DNA of 64,000 nucleotides. It comes from Mantamonas sphyraenae STR306 (lineage: Eukaryota > Protista > CRuMs). Where the stretch lies: assembly GCA_026936335.1 (NCBI GenBank), contig JAPMXV010000003.1, positions 310,001 to 374,000 of the forward strand. The letters are read 5' to 3'. The notes beneath the pieces were generated by a model, which made no database searches, was not told the DNA's origin, and saw nothing but the letters and a program-made list of their open reading frames with translations. The translations under genes were made by a program, and so were the position numbers. Below are positions 58,471 to 64,000 of the stretch, in pieces (the stretch's first letter is position 1; every line of letters begins with the position of its first letter).

Positions 58471-60618
58471 TCGTCATAGGGCAGCAGTTTGCGCACATTG
58501 GGCTTGCCACCCCGGTCGGGATCGGGTCGCCAGATGATGTCCAGCCGGTGCGAGTTGTGCACGGGCCAGTCGATCAGCTCCAGCGGCCACTGCCTCAGCG
58601 TCTCGATGCCTCGGTCCAGCTCAAAGTTTTTGGCGCCACTCATGCTGTAGATGAGATTCCACAGCGGGCTGGCCACCTCGCTGCTGATGCGCCATTCGCG
58701 CTCGAGACCCAGCATCATCTCTGGCCAAGCCGTGCGCGAGCCAGACCACAAGTACACAAAGAAGGGCAGCAGAGTCAGTTCGTCGTCGCTATAGTTGTCG
58801 TCGTTGGGAATTTGAATCTTGCAGTTGACCACGTTCAGTGCGTAGCCGTGCTTCTCTCGAAGCAGCGCGCTCGCGTCGCTGAACGTGCTGTCGTTGCCGC
58901 TCAGCGCATACGCAGACTCCAGAAACGCCAGAATCTGCACCGAGTTGGGTCCTCGCTCGTCAAAGTAGTACATGTTGTCGTTGATGTCTACCCAGTTCCA
59001 CCGTCCCCACTTTGTAGGCTCGCCAAACTCGCCAATCAGATAAAAGTTGTTGGCCACAATGTGGTGCATGACATCGGTGACAATGCTGGTGGCTCGTTGC
59101 TTCTCCTCGGGCGTCTCTGCCACGAGGTGAGCAAACACGGGATACGTCGCCATGTGGCCTGTGATCTGATCCGACGACGTTTCCCCCTTCCAAATCCACC
59201 CCTCGTCCGTCGTAGAGTTGTACCAGTTGCCCGTGCCCGGTGCAATCTCACCCGTCTTGGCAAATGTTCGTGCGGGATAGCCCTTGATGCCGGTCAGCTT
59301 GGTCGCCATGCGCTCCATGCCTTCAAACGACATCCACGCGTTGCGCTTTGCATCTGCATCCCGTGTCACCGCCCAACGGAACGCTTGCGACAGCACGTAC
59401 TGCCCTGTCCACAACGCATCCGAGTCGGCTGGATGCTTGGTCACGGTGCTTGTGTCGCCAAACCGTGGCAACGACACATCCGACACCATTCCGTATCGCA
59501 CATGCCGTGGCACAATCGTCTCGAAATGGGCAGCCTTTTGTGCCAGAGTCCATCGCTGGACATCAATCACAGCCAACCCGGCGTCGGTGACGGCCCAGGC
59601 TGTGGGCAAGCCGTCCTCGTACCACACGTGCAGGTCCAGCACAGCCTGGCCCGGGTGCCAACGAGGGCCGTAGTAATACGACCACACACGGCCCGAGGAG
59701 GAGTGACGATCGTAGCGCACGATGCCCTTGGAGGTGCCCATCCAGACCTGGGTGCCAGCTGCATCCATGCAGGACGTGGTGTTGAACGGCAGACCCTGCA
59801 TGCCGCCAATGCGACCCAGGGTCATGTTGGGATACTGCATGTTGAGTGCAGGCAGCGTGCCGATCCACACAATGTCGTCGTCGTCGGTCTGGGCAAACGA
59901 GGTCACAGTGGCGTCCACGTTGCCCGTCACCCACTCGAATCGCCACCCGTGGGCATCTGTGCGTCGCCAATACTTTGTTTCTGTGCCAACCACGAGTGCA
60001 CGCGAAGATGCAAGCACCGCAGACACTGGCTCCTGGCCCAGCGCCGCCTCGTGTTGCAGGCCGTCGTGCGCGTTCCACCAAAACAGGCCGTGCGGCGTGC
60101 CTACAAACGCATGCTCCTCTTTGGACGCCCATGCGGCGCAGGTGATGTGTGACAACGGTGTGTCAAACGCATGTGTGGTGCATGCGGTGTGCACAGACGC
60201 GCACACGTGCAGGGCGTGCGTGTCCAACAACACAAATTCCTGGCCGTCGCCGCCGCCGCGCAGCAGCCGTGTCTCTGCGCCCACAGACACGCCCAGTGCG
60301 GTGTCCACCCGTTCGTACTTGCTGTCGCCCAGGCCTTGCATCAGCCACACGCTGTCGTTGGTCAGCAGCAGTGCCGAAGCCCTGCCCAGAGGCAGTGCCG
60401 TGCGCACATTACCCACCGCAAGCTCGGGCCACTGACCCACAGGCGCTTCGCCTTTGAACGTGTACCGAAAAGCCACCGGCTGTTCGTACGGCGTGTCAGG
60501 CACCACCACGGCCGACGCACATGCAGCCAAGAGGAGCACAAGGGGCAACAGAGTGCGAGGGGTCATCACAGCCTTTTCTTCTGCCTCACTTTGCGCACGC
60601 CCACCCTCCATTCTCCTG

Positions 60619-61679
60619 TCACTCCTTCCTTGCAAGATACACGTAGTGGACACCCTCATCCTCGGGGTCCTCGTGGACGACGCCCTCGGCGCGGGGCTTC
60701 TCCAGCGTGCGTGTGTCGACGGCCCACTTGTACTTGGCCTTCTCCAGATAGGTGCTGCGCAGCGATGGCCGCGCATACGACACGCAAATGTACAGACCGC
60801 CCGGTTTGAGCACACGGCTCACCTCGGACAGCATCCGGTCGGCTGCCTTGGCGCTCGACGTCGAACACAGCACCGAGTCCAGCGTCGCCTTGTCGATCAC
60901 CACGTCAAACTCGCCCGTGTCAAAGTCCATCTTCTTTACATCCATGCATGTGACTGTCCGTGTGTTGTGGTGAGCCAATCCCCTCCTCCCGCGTGTCAGC
61001 TGCGCCGGCAAACACAAGCGTTGCTAACGCTCCCCTCTTGCCCCACACACACACGCACGCACGCGCTCACACCCACACACACACACACACACACATGGAT
61101 CAAACAAAACAGACGCAACATACACACCAACCCGTCCTTCTCCTGTGTGCGTGAGGCCATCTGTTTGATCACCACGGGCGAGATGTCGATGCAGTTCAGC
61201 TGTGCGTAGCCGTCCTGAAACATGTCCTCCTGGAAGGCTGAAACAGGCCAGGATCCGGGCAAACAGGATTGCAGGTGCATGTCAAAATGCACGTGCACGT
61301 GACCAGCGTCTCCATGTCAGCAGTGTGCTCCAGTCCAGCCCGCCACAGTCGCCTGCACAAGAAACGGGCGCGGGCGTCACGAGAGGGGTGCCGCCAAAAA
61401 CTCACTGCCGTTGCCGCATCCCACCACCAGAATGTTGGCATCCTTGGCCACCAGTTCGTTGATCATGTCACACATGTCCTCGTACGTCTGATACCAGTCG
61501 AACGGCTCTGCATCACTGTCCACCCGCCGCCGACGAGTCCCAGGTCCGTCAGTACCTGCACCACAAGCAACAAGCAACCCCACCCCGGCTCCTCACTGTC
61601 CCCCTTTGCTACCCCACCTTTCAAACCGTTCGTTCCAGTAGTCTTCCGACCCGTAGTTGGCCACGGACGAAGAAGACAT
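60619..61679 (-). CDS. EEF1AKMT4/ECE2/METTL13-like class I SAM methyltransferase (exons 61679-61618, 61515-61406, 61237-61124, 60953-60619)
   Basis: YG.EDYWNERF, PFDWYQ, ILVVGCGNG, IDISPVVI, FDVVIDKATLD, EVSRVLKPGG.YI.VSY. Confidence 0.9.
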
Positions 61680-61768
61680 TTGCAGGTTCGGTTTGATTGA
61701 AACGCGCGAGGATCGCGACAGGTCCGCCAACACAAAAACGAAAAAACCGCGCAGGAACGGCCACAACC

Positions 61769-63700
61769 ATGCAGTACCGCACCATGTATGTGATGGCCGC
61801 ATGGACCATCTGCATTGTTGTCTTTTCGTCGATCTTTGCCGTTGCTTGCCTGGCTCTGTTTGTGCTGGACCGCCGCCGGCGAAATGCGCAGGTGTCAGGC
61901 CAAGTGCCGCCCAGCAATCTCAAGCGTCTCCTGCCACGCATGGTGGCCTGTCTCATCGCCTATGTGCTCGGGTCCCTTCTGTTGACCCTCAGCGCCTACG
62001 ACTACATGTCGCCCATCATCTCGTGGATCTTGATCAGTCTGCTGACCATCCCGACGACAGTCCTGCTGCTCCCCGACGGTCTGACCCCGCTCCTTTCCTC
62101 CTCCGACGATTCCATGCGCATGGACGAGTCCCTCACCATGAACAACGTCAAGCCGCGCTTTTCTGTGACCAAGGAACTCGGCAAGCGCTGGATGGGCAAC
62201 CGCAAGATGGTCATTGGCCTCGCGTTCGTCCTGACGCTCACCAGCCTCCTGCTCGCCGTCCTCACCGACGGTGCCTGCTCCTGTGCCCAGCCCAACACCT
62301 TTTCCTTCCGCTACCAGCGCCAAGCCCTGCCGCCCGCTTGCCCCGTGGGTGCCCCGTGCCAGGTGTACCTCACTATGACCCAGGACATCAACCGCGGCAT
62401 GATCATCAACTTCCACAGCGGCGCCTGGTCAAACTCGACGCAGTTCACCGTGCAGTCGCAAATCCGGTATGGCACCACCACTTCCCTCGATCCCTACGAC
62501 CTCAACATCACTGCACGCGCCTACAACCGCTACTTTGACCGAATCGAGGAGCCTCGTTTCGTACACACCGCCGTCCTGGACAACCTCCAGCCCGACACCG
62601 AATATTTCTTCCGCGTGGCCGCTGCCCCCTCCGAGAAGGATGCACTCAACTGGTCGCCAGAGTACAAATTCCGCACCCCGCCGCTGGACAACGTGCGTTT
62701 TGTCACAGGGGGCGACGTCGGCCTCTCCGACAACGCACAGAAGCTCATGAAGGTGGCTGGCCAGATGAACCCGCACTTTATTGCCATTGGCGGCGATCTC
62801 GCGTATGCAAACTCCCTCGCCACTTGCTACCGCCGCTGGGACGAGTGGCTCAAGATCCTGCCCACAACCCAGGACGGCCACATGATTCCTCTCATCGCCT
62901 CCATCGGCAACCACGAGGTCGGCGGCTTTGGAATCCCGCGCAACGAGGTCGTGTTCTTCCCAGAGTACTTTGGGCAAAGCGACCAGGCCTTCAAGACCGG
63001 TGACGAGCGCCTGACGGTGAGTTGCAGTGTGTGTGCGCAGATTCCCTGCGCTTGTTTCTCCCTCCAGCCTCTTTCAGACCACCAATCCCCACTCACACAC
63101 ACAAACTCACAACCCGATCACCTTTCACGTCCCTTTCTGCTCCCACAGTACTGGAAGCATTACGTGGGCAACCACACGGGCCTTGTGGTGCTGGACTCGG
63201 GCTGCACCGAGCCCCTCACCGGACCGCAGAGCGACTTTATGGACAAGACTCTGGGTGCATTCAACGACAAGACAAGCTCCGAGTGCCGCAGCAACACGCT
63301 GGCGCTGTACCACGTGCCTCTGTTCCCGTCTGTGCGTTCCTTTGCCGAATCCAAGCCCAACCGTGACGCCTGGATGCCTCTCTTTGATAAGCACGGCCTC
63401 AACGCCGCGCTGGAGAACCACGACCACTACTACAGCCGCACCTTCCCCATGAAGGGCGGCAAGAAGGTCAGCAGCTCCACAGAAGGCACCACCTACGTCG
63501 GCGACGGCTCCATGGGCGTCAATGTCCGCCCTGTCAGCGCCCCCAAGGAGGACTACCAGGCTGTGCGCGAAGCAAAGAACTTTTTCTTTGAGGTCACTCT
63601 CACCAAGGGCTCCATGTCCTTTGTCACCTACGACCAGGACGGCAAGCAGTTTGATCAGTTTGTGGTCGCCTCCTCTCGGGCCTGCGACAACGGCAACTGA
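61769..63700 (+). CDS. Purple acid phosphatase family metallophosphoesterase with an N-terminal multi-TM region (probable in-frame intron 63017-63148)
   Basis: FN3-like HTAVLDNLQPDTEY; metal motifs GDVG, GDLAY, GNHE, YH, ENHDH. Confidence 0.9.
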   Translation: MQYRTMYVMAAWTICIVVFSSIFAVACLALFVLDRRRRNAQVSGQVPPSNLKRLLPRMVACLIAYVLGSLLLTLSAYDYMSPIISWILISLLTIPTTVLLLPDGLTPLLSSSDDSMRMDESLTMNNVKPRFSVTKELGKRWMGNRKMVIGLAFVLTLTSLLLAVLTDGACSCAQPNTFSFRYQRQALPPACPVGAPCQVYLTMTQDINRGMIINFHSGAWSNSTQFTVQSQIRYGTTTSLDPYDLNITARAYNRYFDRIEEPRFVHTAVLDNLQPDTEYFFRVAAAPSEKDALNWSPEYKFRTPPLDNVRFVTGGDVGLSDNAQKLMKVAGQMNPHFIAIGGDLAYANSLATCYRRWDEWLKILPTTQDGHMIPLIASIGNHEVGGFGIPRNEVVFFPEYFGQSDQAFKTGDERLTVSCSVCAQIPCACFSLQPLSDHQSPLTHTNSQPDHLSRPFLLPQYWKHYVGNHTGLVVLDSGCTEPLTGPQSDFMDKTLGAFNDKTSSECRSNTLALYHVPLFPSVRSFAESKPNRDAWMPLFDKHGLNAALENHDHYYSRTFPMKGGKKVSSSTEGTTYVGDGSMGVNVRPVSAPKEDYQAVREAKNFFFEVTLTKGSMSFVTYDQDGKQFDQFVVASSRACDNGN

Positions 63701-63843
63701 TCGCGTCCTTCTCCCTCCACGTCGTCAGTCGTCGAAAGCACCGCCTCGCAGTGGTTGGTGCATGCAGGGAGAGTTTTGTGAGAAAAGAAATGCAGAACAA
63801 TCCAACCGACATCACGCACACACCCAACCCAACCCACGCACCA

Positions 63844-64000
63844 ATGTCGGGAAGGAAAGCAGCGAGGAAAGAGGCGCAAAAGAAGAAAGAAGAGCTGTTT
63901 GCGGCAGAGGTGGCACGCAGAGAAGCGGAAAAGGCAGCCAAGGCAGCCAAGAGAGGCAAGCGGCGAGATGGCAAGACCTTTGACACGCCCAAGCCGTCCT
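63844..64000 (+). CDS. 5' end of a basic helical protein running off the window
   Basis: ATG after a CA-rich leader typical of this genome; open frame MSGRKAARKEAQKKKEELFAAEVARRE. Confidence 0.55.
   Translation, partial: MSGRKAARKEAQKKKEELFAAEVARREAEKAAKAAKRGKRRDGKTFDTPKPS

Overview
This is a very compact, GC-rich eukaryotic genome segment with short GT-AG introns, CA/GT microsatellites and about 30 protein-coding genes. SPAG17 and WDR49 homologues suggest a flagellated protist; the species cannot be identified from the sequence. Intergenic gaps are often only 10-70 bp, and one gene pair overlaps by ATGA. Recognisable genes include SPAG17/PF6, HACD, an ARM-repeat protein, an EEP-family enzyme, CTDSP, PFDN3, two DUF350 membrane proteins, a Jupiter/SPIRAL1-like repeat protein, vanin, a LYR protein, a FAD oxidoreductase, TRIM37, two RPL8, two ARF, MZT2-like, WDR49-like, a SET1/Trx-like methyltransferase, an alpha2delta/CACHD1-like protein, cytochrome b561, an EEF1AKMT4-like methyltransferase and a purple acid phosphatase. 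The standout locus (30.45-36.29 kb) has no coding introns and encodes ankyrin(x~26)-LRR-Roc-COR-coiled coil-CHAT (caspase-like protease). Its 99-bp repeats are near-identical in DNA but vary mainly at ankyrin ligand-contact positions, so it is a candidate diversifying innate-immune receptor-protease. It sits at the breakpoint of two interlocking ~1.7-1.85 kb inverted duplications (RPL8 and ARF) that share a triplicated 135-bp gene-tail fragment. The longer introns consistently fold into long hairpins, and G/C strand skew forms domains independent of gene orientation. All homology calls are from motif recognition by eye; no database search was run.
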